A stretch of 64,000 nucleotides of DNA from Felis catus. Its lineage: Eukaryota. Below are positions 39,264 through 51,439 of the stretch, piece by piece; position 1 is the stretch's first letter; each line of letters opens with the position of its first letter. Location of the stretch: positions 140,494,001 through 140,558,000 of the forward strand of contig NC_058368.1 in the NCBI RefSeq assembly GCF_018350175.1. Direction: 5' to 3'. Below the pieces are notes generated by a model, which saw only the letters and a list, made by a program, of their open reading frames with translations, had not been told where the DNA came from and made no database searches. Position numbers and translations under genes: made by a program.

Positions 39264-40290
39264 AAAAACGTAATACATCTTATGAAGCACAGGTCAGTAT
39301 CTTTCTTTTCGCCATACTTTCCTGAGGTTGGAGGTGAAAGGATATCAGAGGGGACAGAAAACCCTTCGTGTGACTGATGGTGTGGTAAGTTGGCCTCTTC
39401 TCCAGGCCTGAGAGAGCATTATTGGGATGCTCTTCAAGGCCCTCATCTCTTACACTGTCTTAGCCCCTGAGAGCCTAGTGGTCCACCTCCAATTCTGCCT
39501 CATGAAGTCATGTTGCCCCTCAGACAGCCGTAGAGGTCTAGACCTAAGACAAGCCCTGGAGTGGCTCATTCTTGCCTGCGGACCACTATTGGCCCATGGA
39601 AACATCTCATAGTCTTGGCTTCAACAGACTGAGAGGGATAAGCCAGCCCCAGTGTAGCTGCCATGTTCCTTCAGCCCCTAGTCATCAAGGCAGCCAGCCA
39701 CACTGCCTCTCATGTTCTAGATTCCCAAGGTTGAAATCAGGCACCAGCTCTCTGTGCTTCCTTAGCCTTGGAGAACTCCTGTGCGGCAACCCGGTTGGCC
39801 TCACCACAAACCCTCCTAAGAGGCAAGAGGTGATAGTCCCACTCTGTTTCATGGGGAGAGGGGGCTCTCAGAAGATCTTTCCAGAAGGGGTCTGACGGAA
39901 GATCTTTCCAAAGAAATCCTCCTTCACATCTTTGTCTTGAAGTTCACCAGGGGGGAGAGAGAGTCAAGTCTGGTTCTTCATTATCTCCCTCTGGCACATT
40001 TTCCAGGGTGAACTCTTTTGTAACTCACATTGATATTTGATATTACTACTAGTATCTTGTGTTACAGTAAAAACTTCTAATGTAGCATCCTCATTACACG
40101 GATAAGTGCAGGTTTTTTCTCTTCAGCTGGAGACAACCAGAATAGTTGGATTGTACAGGGTGTGTGTGATAGAAGAATGTCGAATTATTCGCCCGTAGGG
40201 TCTCAGGTACATGTCACACACTTGCCAACACTTTGGCAAAAAAATTTAAAGATCAGTTTTATAAAGTTTCTTTTCCTGTGAATTGCCTCT

Positions 40291-40499
40291 TTTTTTTTCT
40301 AAGTTTAGTTCTTTATTTTGAGAGAGATCATGCAGGAGAGACAGAAAGAGAGAGGGAGAGAGAGAGAGAATCCCAAACAGGCTCCACACCACCAGCACAG
40401 AGCCTGAAGCGGGGGCTGAAACTCACAAACCTATGAGTTCATGACCTGAGCCGAAACCAAGAGTCAGAAGCTTAACCGCCTGAGGCACCCAGACGCCCA
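40291..40499 (-). mobile_element. CAN-SINE (SINEC)
   Basis: Reverse SINE; TSD ctgtgaattgcctctt on both sides. Confidence 0.95.
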
Positions 40500-40519
40500 C
40501 TGTGAATTGCCTCTTAATA

Positions 40520-40880
40520 TCCTTAGCTCAGTTTTAAAAAATGTCTTCTTTATTGGTTTATCGTTCTTTGTATTGTCTGAATACTAATCCTTGGTTATAT
40601 GGTAAATACTTTCCCTAATCCTGGCCTTGTCTTTTAACTTTGGGAAATTGGATGACATCCAAGATACGGTAAATAATGTTCCTTTCTGTGATTTTTTCTG
40701 GTGTCTGGCTTAAGAAGACCTTCCTTCTCCACGGTTAGAGACCTACTCCCCTATATAGTCTTCAAATGTTTTCATAGTTGAAGATTTTTGATATTTAGAG
40801 GCTTCATTTACCTGGAACGTTTTTGTGGACAGCTCTCTTAATTTTTTTCCCATACGGAGAGCCAGCTCTCTGAATGCTCT
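40520..40880 (-). mobile_element. Old L1 (L1ME-like) fragment
   Basis: atactaatccttggttatatgg, gcttaagaagaccttccttctcc, catttacctggaacgtttttgtg. Confidence 0.6.
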
Positions 40881-41349
40881 TGTGAAAAGAAAAGCCAGTG
40901 GCATGATCTGTGGTATTCAGGAGCTAGTTAAAGAGGATGGGGTGGGGGAGAATGTCAGATCTTTTTTAAACATCCTAAAGGCCAAGGTGAGGAGACCTCT
41001 CAGTCCAGAAGATATTCGTCTTTTGGAAAAGCTCTCCTAGCAATGGACTTTGAAGACCCACAGTAGACCAGTGGACTGGTAGGTATACTGTCAGAGCATT
41101 AAAATAGAGGCAGACTAAAATCTTTGAGCATCTGGGCATGTATAGCTCATGAGAAAACAGTTGCGGGCAACTTATCCATAATGGTACCTTTCTTTCTAAG
41201 CAGGAAAAGCCATTATTAAACAGTTTCTCAATGGATGTTTTTTCAGCTCTAATAGTTAAGTTTCTTCAAAGAATGTACAGGGGGTCCTCTTTAACTGAGC
41301 CCTTAATTCCTCCCCAGTAATACCTTTTTTTTTTTTTTAGATTAAAACC

Positions 41350-42340
41350 TCTTTTTTTTTTTTTTTTTCTAGAGCATTTTAAGGTTTACAGCTGATTGAG
41401 CAGAGGGCACAGAGACTTCCCACAGACTCCGACTTCCACACACTGCACAACTTCCCCCAACCCCACCAGACTGCTACATTAGTTACAATTTATGAATCTA
41501 CTTTGACACACTGTAATCACCCAAAGTCCACAGTTTACATTATGGTTCACGCTTGGTGTTGGAGGTTCCATGGGTTTGAACAAATACATAATCACATATT
41601 TATCATTGGGAATACAGAGTACTCCTATCAGAATACCCCAGAGAGTAGGTTCACTGCCTTAAAAATTCCCTGTGCTCCACCTATTCCTGCCACTCCCTCA
41701 CCTGGCAACCACCGGTCTTTTTGGTCTTTTTGCTGTGTCCATAGCCTTGCCTTTGCCACAATGTCATACACTTGGAATCATACAGCAGGTAGCCTTTTCA
41801 GATTGGCTTCTTTCACTTCGTAATAAACATTTAAGGTTCCTCCATGTCTTTCCATGGCTTAAAAGGTCAAGTCTTTTTACCTGAGTAGCATTCCATAATC
41901 TTGATGTGCCACAGTGTTTCTCCATCCACCTACTGAAGGACATCTTGATTGCTTCCAAGTTTGGGCAGTAAGGAATGAAGCTGTCATAAATATCTGAGCA
42001 TAGATTTTTGTGTGGACACAAGTTTTCAGCACCCCTTGGTTACATAACAAAGGGTACAAGTGCTGATTGTATGATAAGAGTAGGTTTAGTTTCATAAGAA
42101 ACTGACAAACTGTCCCCCAGAGGGACTGTCCCATTTTCATTCCCACCAGCAGAGAATGAGAGTTCCTGTTGTCGTACATCCTCACCCACATTTGGTGTTG
42201 GCAGTGTTCTCCATTTTGGCCATTCTAGTAGATGTGTATTGGCACCTCATTGTTTTAATTTGGATTTCCTTGATGACCTAGATATGGAACATCTTTTCTT
42301 ACGCTTATTGGCCATCTCTGTATCTTCCTTGGTGAGGTCG
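41350..42340 (-). mobile_element. L1MC-like 3' fossil
   Basis: ttttaaggtttacagc...cacccaaagtccacagtttacatt...ttggaatcatacagcaggtagccttttcagattggcttctttcactt...gaaggacatcttgattgcttccaagttt...cattgttttaatttg. Confidence 0.92.
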
Positions 42341-42699
42341 CATTAGTACTTTTCAGTTTATTTTTCCAAAACCCTTCCAGTTTGTTTGGGAACACTGTGT
42401 CTAAGAGGTCAAGAAAGATCATGCAGATGGCTCGGTAAACCTGAGCTGGAAAACTTTAAAATTGACCTTCCCTACATCTTCCCTTCATTGTCCCAGGTTT
42501 CATAGTTAGATGGAGACTCATCATCCTTGCCATTGGAAAAGTAGTCCAAAGCATAGCATAAGTGAAAAACTTATTTACCAAGAAATCTAGGCATTTGTAA
42601 AAACCCCTCTTGTGTTTCTTCTATGATATAAAAGCCAGAAGTGATTGTTGATTTGAGTCTAGGATTTTTGCCTTATTTTATCTAAAACCCTTGCACATA

Positions 42700-43060
42700 G
42701 ATGGAAGTATTTATCCCTTGGGCAGAGAAGACAGTGCATGCAAAGGCTGTGTGAGATGGGCATGGAGCATGGTACTTTCCAGAAGCTGAAAGTGGACAGA
42801 GGCCAAGCAGCAGGCAGGGGCCAGAGCTCAGAGCCTTGTGGCCATCTGAAGTCTCTGGTGGGCTTGATGCTGAAGCCAGTGGATGCCACTGAAGGTTTTT
42901 AAGCAGTGTGAGAAGATTGGGTTCATGCTACAGAAGAACTTGGGCTGTGTGAAGGCAAGTCAGCGTTGGACAGGAGTAGACCCAGAGAAAACAGTTGAGA
43001 AAACTTCTCAGTGATCCAAGTGAAGGATTCTTGAGTATGTGACCTTAATTGTGTTTGGAA
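42700..43060 (-). mobile_element. L2 fossil
   Basis: gcatgcaaaggctgtgtgagatggg...gccactgaaggtttttaagcag...gtgatccaagtga. Confidence 0.65.
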
Positions 43061-43089
43061 ATATAAAAGTATCGATGTCTGTGTTTTTT

Positions 43090-43322
43090 TGGGGTTTTTT
43101 TTTGATTTTTTTAATTTTTTTTTTAACGTTTATTTATTTTTGAGACAGAGACAGAGCATGAATGGGGGAGGGGCAGAGAGAGAGGGAGACACAGAATCGG
43201 AAACAGGCTCCAGGCTCTGAGCCATCAGCCCAGAGCCCGACGCGGGGCTCAAACTCACGGACCGCGAGATTGTGACCTGAGTTGAAGTCGGACGCTTAAC
43301 CGACTGAGCCACCCAGGCGCCC
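43090..43322 (-). mobile_element. CAN-SINE (SINEC), fairly young
   Basis: CpG-rich reverse SINE; TSD gatgtctgtgtttttt. Confidence 0.97.
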
Positions 43323-43384
43323 TGAGATGTCTGTGTTTTTTAGAGTGAAATAAAACCTCTTTAAGTACAAGTATGATATAGAGT

Positions 43385-43515
43385 AACCAGTCACAAAACT
43401 TGCAGGGCCCACTGCAGAATGGAATCGTGAGACCCCTTGTTCAAAAGTTGAGAATTTCAAGCTGGTGACAAGGCGTTAAACCACATGCGGGGCCCATAGA
43501 ACTGTCCTATAACTG
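43385..43515 (-). mobile_element. MER45A-like hAT-Tip100 fossil
   Basis: ttgcagggcccactgcagaatggaa...ccccttgttcaaaa...gaatttcaagctggtgacaaggcgttaaacca matches the recalled MER45A reverse complement. Confidence 0.8.
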
Positions 43516-44851
43516 ATATTGGGTCTGTGTAATAGAATGACTTGAGTTGGGTTCTCAACCCACTGAGCCACGATGGTGCCCCAGAGCCCTTCTTAACCTT
43601 ACTAGTGGTGATCGATAAATTGTAGAGGTTGAAAGCCAAATTAAAAATAAATATTATGACTGGGCTAGCTAAGGATGATGGTAGAAATTAGGAGGTACTC
43701 TCTATTATTTCTTGTTATAGTGGCTGTGGTTGATGAAAACCTCTCTAAAGAAAGGGAAATGCTATTTAAATCTGTTCCTTAGAACTATTCCTTACCAATA
43801 CATACTCACTGAACTGACTTTCTGAGAACATATTCTTGAATAGTTTAGGAAATACTGGTTGGGGCAGAAAGTTTCCTGTCAAAAAAATTTTTTTAGGAAG
43901 AATTGGTAAGACACCACTTTTTATTTCAATTTGAAATGTTAGGACCATTCTCCTTTCGTTCGGTGTCTCTAGAAAATAGTTTGCAGGACTTGTTGGCCTT
44001 TTCATAGGAAGTGTCAAAAATGTCAAGTTCTTTCAATCTGAAAATAGAACGCATAATGTATACACATATTTTTAGCTACTAGTATCATAGAAGCATAGTG
44101 GCTCTGGAATTGGGCAGTTGGGGATTTTCTGGAATGGGATGCTGTGTTTTTCCTTGGTAATAAGTTGTCTTGGTGAGCTCTGTACCAGAGATATCTTGAG
44201 GGCAAAGTGTGAGAGCACCTTTTAAAGCATAGCTTACATTTCTAGGGAAAAGATCTTGTGCTTACTAAACCAAATCCCTTTCAGCAATTTTCAATGACTC
44301 AGAGCCCTGATATTTGCATAGTGATTCAACCAGCAAGGAGAGTGGCTACTGAGATAATTTGGTTAAGATAAGTTCTCTGGTTAATGCTTTTAAAAGGTTA
44401 ATAAAGGCCTTTCCTGAGTAGTCTGCTCTATAGTGGTTTCCAGGAACTTTTGATTATCTACCGTGCTACCTACAGAGCTGGGTAGTAATAGTCGTATTAA
44501 AGTATTCTTTCAGAGAGACCCAGAAGGCCAGTTCTGGACAGTTGACATTAAACACTGCAAAATTCCACAGTACAGACAGCTTGGCAAGTTTGATTCTGGT
44601 GCATTCTGTTCAGAACTCGTTTCTTGTTTTTTGTGTGTTTTTTTCTCAATAGTGCCTTTGTCTGTCTGCTAAAGGTCAGACTGCAATTATCCAGTACTGG
44701 TGGTGTTCCTTTGTGAGACCAGGGAAGGGGGGGACAGAGTGACTTAGTTTTGTTATTTATAACAACGTATCACAACACCAGGTTTTATATATTTGAAAAT
44801 GTAAATAAAATCATCTGCATTTTCAACTACTGATGGGCAGCTGTCGACTCT

Positions 44852-45053
44852 CTTTTTTTTTTTTTATTGTGTGTTTGTTTTTGAGAGAGAGAAAGGGGGG
44901 GTGTGCAGAAAGAGAAGGAGACACAGAATCCGAAGCAGCTCCAGGCTCTGAGCCCTCAGCACAGAGCCTGATGCGGGGCTCAGACTCACGAACTGCAAGA
45001 TCATGGCCTGAGCCGAAGTCGGATGCTTAACCAACTGAGCCACCCAGGCGCCC
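44852..45053 (-). mobile_element. CAN-SINE (SINEC)
   Basis: Reverse SINE ending ctgagccacccaggcgccc. Confidence 0.95.
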
Positions 45054-46619
45054 TGAGCAGCTGGCAATTCTAAAATCACTTGGGACATTTGTAGGTCTCT
45101 CTTGAGCTCATTCTCCCCCTCTGCTCTTTGGTGTCGTGGGTCAGAGCCAGCATGGATTTGGCTTAGAGTCAGAGTTAGTCGGAATCCCGGTCTCAGCATT
45201 TGGAGCATCGATGGGACACTCAGATAAGTGGGTTTTATAATGTGGGGTACCACAGCAATGTGGCAGAGCTCTTAGGTGACAGGACTGGCATATTGCCTGC
45301 TACAGAGTGGGGAAGGCATACACATTAATTCACCAGTACAATGCCTAGGAGAGGGGGAGAGGTTCGAGTGCAGACCTGTGTGAGTCTGGTCACGTGCCCT
45401 TTCTTTCTCCAGGGCATCGGGGCTGGCACCTGGAGACTGCTCCTTAGAGAGTGACCAGGGGTGGCCTCTAGTGGGCCTTGGCATGCCTCAAGCTAGAGTA
45501 CAATCCTATTGTACTGTTTTTCAGCTGCACCCAATTTAGGAAGAGTTGATCATTTGTGTGTATTTATACCCACTTTCAGTATGGCTGGTTTCGTGAGGAG
45601 CCTCTCTCAATTTGTTCAGCATAACAGCCTGAAATAGCCTCACTTCCCTCTAGGCACTGCTTACCACTGTGCTCTTTCAAATCGCATTTCCAGTCCCTGG
45701 ACGGTACACACTGATAATATTCTGTAATTCCTTAGTCTTGCTAAAAGTCCCTAATCTCATATCCAGTTCAAGCTCTGGACCTCTCCTACTCTCCTCTGAG
45801 CTCTGCTCCTCCTCCCGGGGTGACAGGAAACAGGGAGCAAGGGTCAAGCAGTTATTTAACTCAGCAGGTCAGTCAGGGGTGAGAAAGTACTTCCATCTGG
45901 TTCATTCTGATGCCAGGGGTCTCTGCACGGATACTGTGTGTGGCTCCCCCAGGGCTGTGCTCAGCCTCGTGTCAAGCTCTTTGGCCCAGGACCTGTTCAG
46001 GAGGCTCTGTGTCTCACTTTGGTATTGCTGGGTGTTCATGTCCCATTCATGCTCCCAACTCCTCCTCAGAATTGTGTTTTGTTGACGGGCTCAGGGGCTG
46101 CCTGGCAGCCTCAGAAATCCCACCCCACTAACTTGAACACTCCTTGAAAAGGAGCTCTGCAAACTACCCTTCCGCTCTGCCCGGGGGCTGTCATGAACTA
46201 GAGTGTAAAGGAGTTTGCTCACCTTCTTTCCCCAAGTACTACACTGGATCCCTCTAAGCTCTGCTTCCATGGAGGTCCTCGGTGGGCTTCCCACCTTCCA
46301 AATCTCTAGCTCACAAATGGATGCCAGTATCTGTATTTATGGGTATCCCCCCCACCCCCCGCCATCCCAACTCCCTGACATGCCCCTTTCCTCTGCACTG
46401 CCAGCCAGGGTGGGCCTAGGGGTTCTACAGCTCAGCACGCAGCAGACGAGGGATAGAATGCCTGTCTCCCCTTCTTGTTGGGTACTTCAGTTTGTCTTAG
46501 AGATTGGCTTGGAACCCCTCCCATGTTCCTGACTTGTTGAGGAAGCAGGTAGTAACCAGTGCTAGAAACTTGGCCTCCACACAAAGGAAACATCAACTGT
46601 TCTCCCTTTTCTTGGAATC

Positions 46620-46652
46620 GGGGGCGGGGGGGGGGGGGGGGGGGGGGGGGGG
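46620..46652. repeat. Poly-G tract (27 consecutive G at 46626-46652)
   Basis: Directly visible. Confidence 0.95.
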
Positions 46653-46990
46653 CTATGGTCTGCTGGTCAGACTGGTCCTGTGACCTCTGGGTAAGCACTA
46701 GGGGGCACTGTCTATTCCTACACATTCATGGCTTTCTAAGTAGGCTACTCAGCCTCATTGTCCTCAGCTTTGGGCCTTGGCCATAGGTTTAAGAACAAGA
46801 AAAAAGTCCCATTCAATTACAGCTTCTTCATGTTAGTAACATTCCCTTTCTTTATATACCTGCCATCTAGTGCTGGGAATATTTTTCCCATTCATCTTGC
46901 ACGGCAGAACCAGGCTGAAACTTAGTGGCACTAGTGTAGGACTTGAGTTGTAGGCTTAAAATAAAAGTAACTTTAGGGAGGGTACCATGG

Positions 46991-47024
46991 ATCACTTCTC
47001 GGCCTTTTGGCTAAGCTCAAGTGT
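46991..47024 (+). pseudogene. RNU2 (pseudogene): 3'-truncated U2 snRNA retro-pseudogene (U2 nt 1-34)
   Basis: atcacttctcggccttttggctaagctcaagtgt vs U2 ATCGCTTCTCGGCCTTTTGGCTAAGATCAAGTGT (32/34); flanked by agggagggtaccatgg (46975-46990) and aggaagggtaccacag (47026-47041). Confidence 0.93.
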
Positions 47025-47061
47025 GAGGAAGGGTACCACAGAGGTCTCCATGGACTTTGTT

Positions 47062-47350
47062 TGCTATGGTCTGAATGTTTGTGTCCTCCCAAAATTCTTA
47101 GGTTGAAATCCCAGTGCCCATTGTGACAGTATTAGGAGATGGGTTTGGGAGACAATTAGTTCATGTGAGTGGAGCGCTCAAGAATGGGATCAGTGGTTCT
47201 TCTAAAACAGACTCCACAGAGCTCCCCAGTCCTTTCTGCCATGTGAAGACAAAACAGGAAGTTGCCAGCTCTGAATAAAGAAGAAGGCCCTTACTGGGCT
47301 CTGCTGGTACCCTGGTTTTGGACTTCGCGACCCCCAGAACTGAGAGAGAC
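47062..47350 (+). mobile_element. MLT1A-like MaLR solo LTR (3'-truncated)
   Basis: tgctatggtctgaatgtttgtgtcctcccaaaattc..gttgaaatcc...aatgggatcagtg...ttggacttc..cccccagaactgagaga. Confidence 0.9.
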
Positions 47351-47970
47351 CTCATTTTAATTAGTTACAGGGATAGGAGGTTAAAGCTTCTCTAAAATTT
47401 CTTCCATTTCCATCTATGGACTCCTTGCCAGCAACTTGGAAACCTAAAAGTGTATTCTACTGGAAAGATTGTTTGAATCCCTGTTACTTCTTCACACTCA
47501 ACCAGGAAAAAGAAAATCAAAATAGGCTGACAGTCTCACTTTAAATAATAGACGTGACAATTAGGTGTGAGTAAGCTACTGGATTGCTCATTTACTCAAC
47601 ACAAAGAAGAGAGAAAAGGGAAGCCCCTGCAGGTATGTGAGTGAAGTGGTGATCCCTGTAAGGGGAAAATTAATCTGGCAGCAGCAGGTAAACCGTTTCC
47701 TCTGGGGAGGGGTTGCTCAAGGTATGGCACCCTAGTCAGAGGTCAAAGGCCAGACCAGAGGTCACAGGGCCTGAACAGGGTAAGAGGCAGTGCAGTGGAG
47801 AGGATGGCAGAGACTAAAGGAGAGAGAAGCAGAGTTAGTAGAAGCCAAGAGCTGAGTGGAAAGGAACAGGAAGGGAAATTGCAGTTGGAACAGGGGGTCA
47901 CCGAGAAGAGACGTTATCATGAAGGGAAATAGGCAGGCAGAAGGGAAGACCGGTTTGAAGGAGGGAAGAT

Positions 47971-48128
47971 CAGGGCCACCATTAGCCTAAAGTTCCTTTG
48001 TAAGAAGGAAAAGACGCCCCCCCCACCCCCTTTGAGCCACAGAGCCTGGCCAGTGGAGCACAGGCTCGTCCCTGGGCCAGGATTCTGTGCACAGTGTGCC
48101 ACCTGTACAACCATACACAGTGGCCCTG
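47971..48128. mobile_element. MER91-like hAT-Tip100 MITE with TIRs and 8-bp TSD
   Basis: TIR cagggccac...gtggccctg; flanks gggaagat (47963-47970) and tggaagat (48129-48136); internal tgtgcacagtgtgccacctgtacaacc. Confidence 0.82.
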
Positions 48129-48206
48129 TGGAAGATTCCTATAGAACAACGAGATTCCTATGGTGACCGCACTTCCTTATAGCCAGGCTGTAAGGTGTAA
48201 GGGGTG

Positions 48207-48208
<2 letters not shown>

Positions 48209-48261
<53 letters not shown>

Positions 48262-48274
48262 CGCGCGTGCACAC
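48209..48274. repeat. (GT)22(GC)7 GTGCACAC alternating purine-pyrimidine tract
   Basis: Directly visible. Confidence 0.97.
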
Positions 48275-48339
48275 CCGCGTGCACACTGGGGAGGAGGTGG
48301 GGAATCCCTGGGCCTGTTATCCCCATTAAATCCTAACCT

Positions 48340-48845
48340 AATACTACTACTTTCCCCAGTCCTGGCAACCACAAGTCTCCTTTCTGTCTCCATGAATTTG
48401 GCCATTCTGGGGGCCTCCCATAAGTAGAATCATGCGGTATTTGTCCTTTCATGTCTGGCCTATTTCACTTAGCGTGATGTCTTCAAGGTTCGTCTGGTTT
48501 GTGGTATATATCAGGATTTTATTAAGGCCGAATAACCCATCGTATGGATATAATGAACATGGGCATACAGGTACCTGTTTGAGTCTCTGTTTTCAATTTT
48601 GGGGGGTATGTACCCAAATGTGACATTGTTGAGTCATGCATTCATAGAGGAGCCACCCAACTGTTTTCCAAGTGACTGCACCATTTTAGACTCCCACCAA
48701 TAGTACTTGAGGGCTTCAATTCATCTACATCTTTACTAACATTTGTTATTTTCTGTGTGTTTTTTTTAACATAGCCATCCTCCTCCTGGGTAATAGATCA
48801 CTGAGGTGACACATTATTGTGGCTTTGATTTGCATTTCCTCAGTG
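48340..48845 (-). mobile_element. L1MB-like 3' fossil
   Basis: ccccagtcctggcaaccac...ttctgtctccatgaatttg...ataagtagaatcatgcggtatttgtcctttcatgtctggcctatttcacttagc...ttgatttgcatttcc. Confidence 0.9.
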
Positions 48846-51439
48846 TCCCTGTTTTACTTTCGTGCAGCTTCTAATGTGTTTTTATCATAAACAAAATATG
48901 TAAATATAGTGTCTTGCCTTTTTTTAACTCTACTTTTCAAGACTGTGCTCAGACAGAGCTTCTGTTAACCTTAGAAATGTATGGCCAACCTTTGCCTATT
49001 TGAAAACATACTCATGGGACATATTTTCACTTCCCTTTGTAATGTTATAAAAGTTTAAGATGTGTTTCATTCGACATACAGCGTGTTTACCTATTTTTTA
49101 ATTAGTTCTGAGCTCTTAAAAATCAAAAAAGCTTGTAAGAACTTGGATCTCTCACTTGCAAAGAAATCTTGAAGGCAGAACCCCAGTGGTTCATGTTCTG
49201 ACAAGACAGTGAAGGACTGAGTAGCACAGAGCCCTCTCCCAGCCAGGTCTGCCCCTTGCTAATACCTGCCTCACCCCTGCAGGCATCTGTTTGCAAGCCT
49301 GGCTAGAATGGATTTTCTGAGGCTAACCCTAGTCTAGATTTATTCCATAAGGTAAGTGACGAGAAGTGACTAATACTTCTGCTCCACCTAATTATTTAAT
49401 ACCTCCACTGACACTTTCCAATAAATTCTGAAATCGTGTATCCATCGTTGTAGGCCTCAAGCCCTTGGGGACAAGTCTGGCCAACAGATTGGTCCCAACT
49501 AGTTAAAAGTTTCTTCAAATCTGAGTGCTCCTTCTTAGCTGGAATAATTTGAAATCCTGTTTCTGTGTGTACATAAGGCACACGTACTCTTGTAGCTCTG
49601 TCATGGGCTGGCTTAGTGATGTATCACGGTGTCACCACCTAATTCTGAGTCCCTGCTTGTTCTTGTCTACCAGTGATCACACTGAGAAAGCTGCTGTTCG
49701 CATATGCTTTCTATTTGTGAGTGTGTGCCTATCCATTTAATATTCCATGTATGTGCTAGAATTGTGGCTTGAGATACACACGCAGTTGATGTCTGTGGTC
49801 TGGAAATACACTTAGCAATGTCTGTAGATATTTAGACGGTAAAGATGGTAACTGGTCAGCTTCAGATCCTGTGTCTTCCAGATGATCGGTGCTGGAAGGT
49901 GTTAGGTGAGGCTGCCTTGCAGCCCTGAAATGGAAGCATTGTGAAACCTGAGCCGGCCCAGAACACCCTCGCGGCATGATTTGTTATTGCCCGGAGCTGG
50001 CTGTACCGTTCATCAAGCCACATTTCCTGAAACCTAAGAACACCAGGGTGTGATAGTGTTCTCTTACAACCAGCTCCTGTTCCCTAAAACCTTCGCGTGA
50101 CTCTCCCAGTGGTTTGCAACCTAGCTCTCTCTGTGTGGTCGCGAATGACTTCCCTGAAGGTGAAGCCTTAAGTGAACATGAGGGTAGTAGTGGTGGGAGG
50201 AGCATGTGAGGAGGTGTCCCCGTGCTTGAGGGGGGCTCTCCTCCCAGCCTCCACTCTCCACATCTCTCCTCTGAAGCTCTCTTGGTCATTTGTCCAGGCA
50301 GCTGAGCTGGAAAGCTCCATGTCAGTCACTGCATTGGTCCTGATGATTTGTGCTTCCTGTCAGAGGGGAAGCCATGGTGTGTATTTCAGCAGTATGTTTG
50401 TCTCCTGCTTTCCAGCCAATTTCTTTTTGTGTCTATCAATCTTTGCCTGTCGGCCCTCTTTTTCCTAACTAGATATAATGCTCTGCGGTGTAGTTTAAGT
50501 TTTATTTTGTCACTGCCTAGTAAGCTTGTTTTCTGGCTTCGTGGAGCTCCCCCCTCAAAACTCCACTTGCCTGTCACTTTTTCCCCATGGTGGGTGGGGC
50601 AAGATTCCTTTTCATTTGTGTGGTGGACTTGTGTTGCCCTCCTCCTTTAAGGGTTTGCCACGGGAAAAAGTTCTCTCGATTTCTGGTGTCTATTTTAATA
50701 CAGAACAATGATGAAATTGTTAGACAAGTGAAGTGGTCCTTAATTATCTGTCTGGAAATTCTTGTGCATGTCAAAGGCTTTCTTAGATTTCACTGTATTT
50801 GGCAGTTGAGGTGCCCAGTTCTGGAACATGCCATAGGGGCAGGTCCCACAGGCACCACTTTGTAGTGGGGCCAGACATTGCTGGCCTGCTGGCCCCGTCT
50901 CCCCACTCTCGATGACCATTCCACCCCAGGTAGCTGCTGTTGTGACTCAAGAGCTGGCACACAGTAAAGAAATGGAGTCCTATGAAAACGACCCGAATTG
51001 AAAAACTTGTTAACATGGCTTCCTTAAGACCCGAGGCTTCTGAAGCCCCCTGGGGCTCCTGCCATCACATCACAGGGGCGTCTGTATTTCTCATTGCCAA
51101 GACATACAGACTCAAGGGTGGAGATATTTAACAGAGGACGCAGTCCCCAGCTGCCTTTGGTCCTGGGAAGATAATCTAGGTGGCTCTAATTAATAATTAA
51201 CCTACATATAAAAATCAAAGATCTACAGCTAGTGTAGCAGCAAAATGCTGCCACCTGGTGAGCTGATTCTGGTTGAGCGGGGTAAAAAGGACCTGGGAGG
51301 AATGGTATCTAGCCAAGGGAAACCGAGGCGGGAGCTTGGAGAAGACTGGGTTGGATTCCTGCCGATTCTGGTATAATTGGAACGTTTTACTTCTCAAGCC
51401 TGTTTTGTAATATTTCGTAGGCTGGGTGGGTGGATTAAG

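Noticed and set aside
40921..40986. Possible 66-nt in-frame exon (ELVKEDGVGENVRSFLNILKAK) with AAG|gtgagg donor
   Set aside because: The acceptor lacks a polypyrimidine tract, it abuts an L1 fragment, and I do not recognise the peptide
45760..46530. GC-richer stretch with several ORFs, possibly LTR-derived
   Set aside because: I could not assign a family or termini with confidence, and the ORFs show no homology
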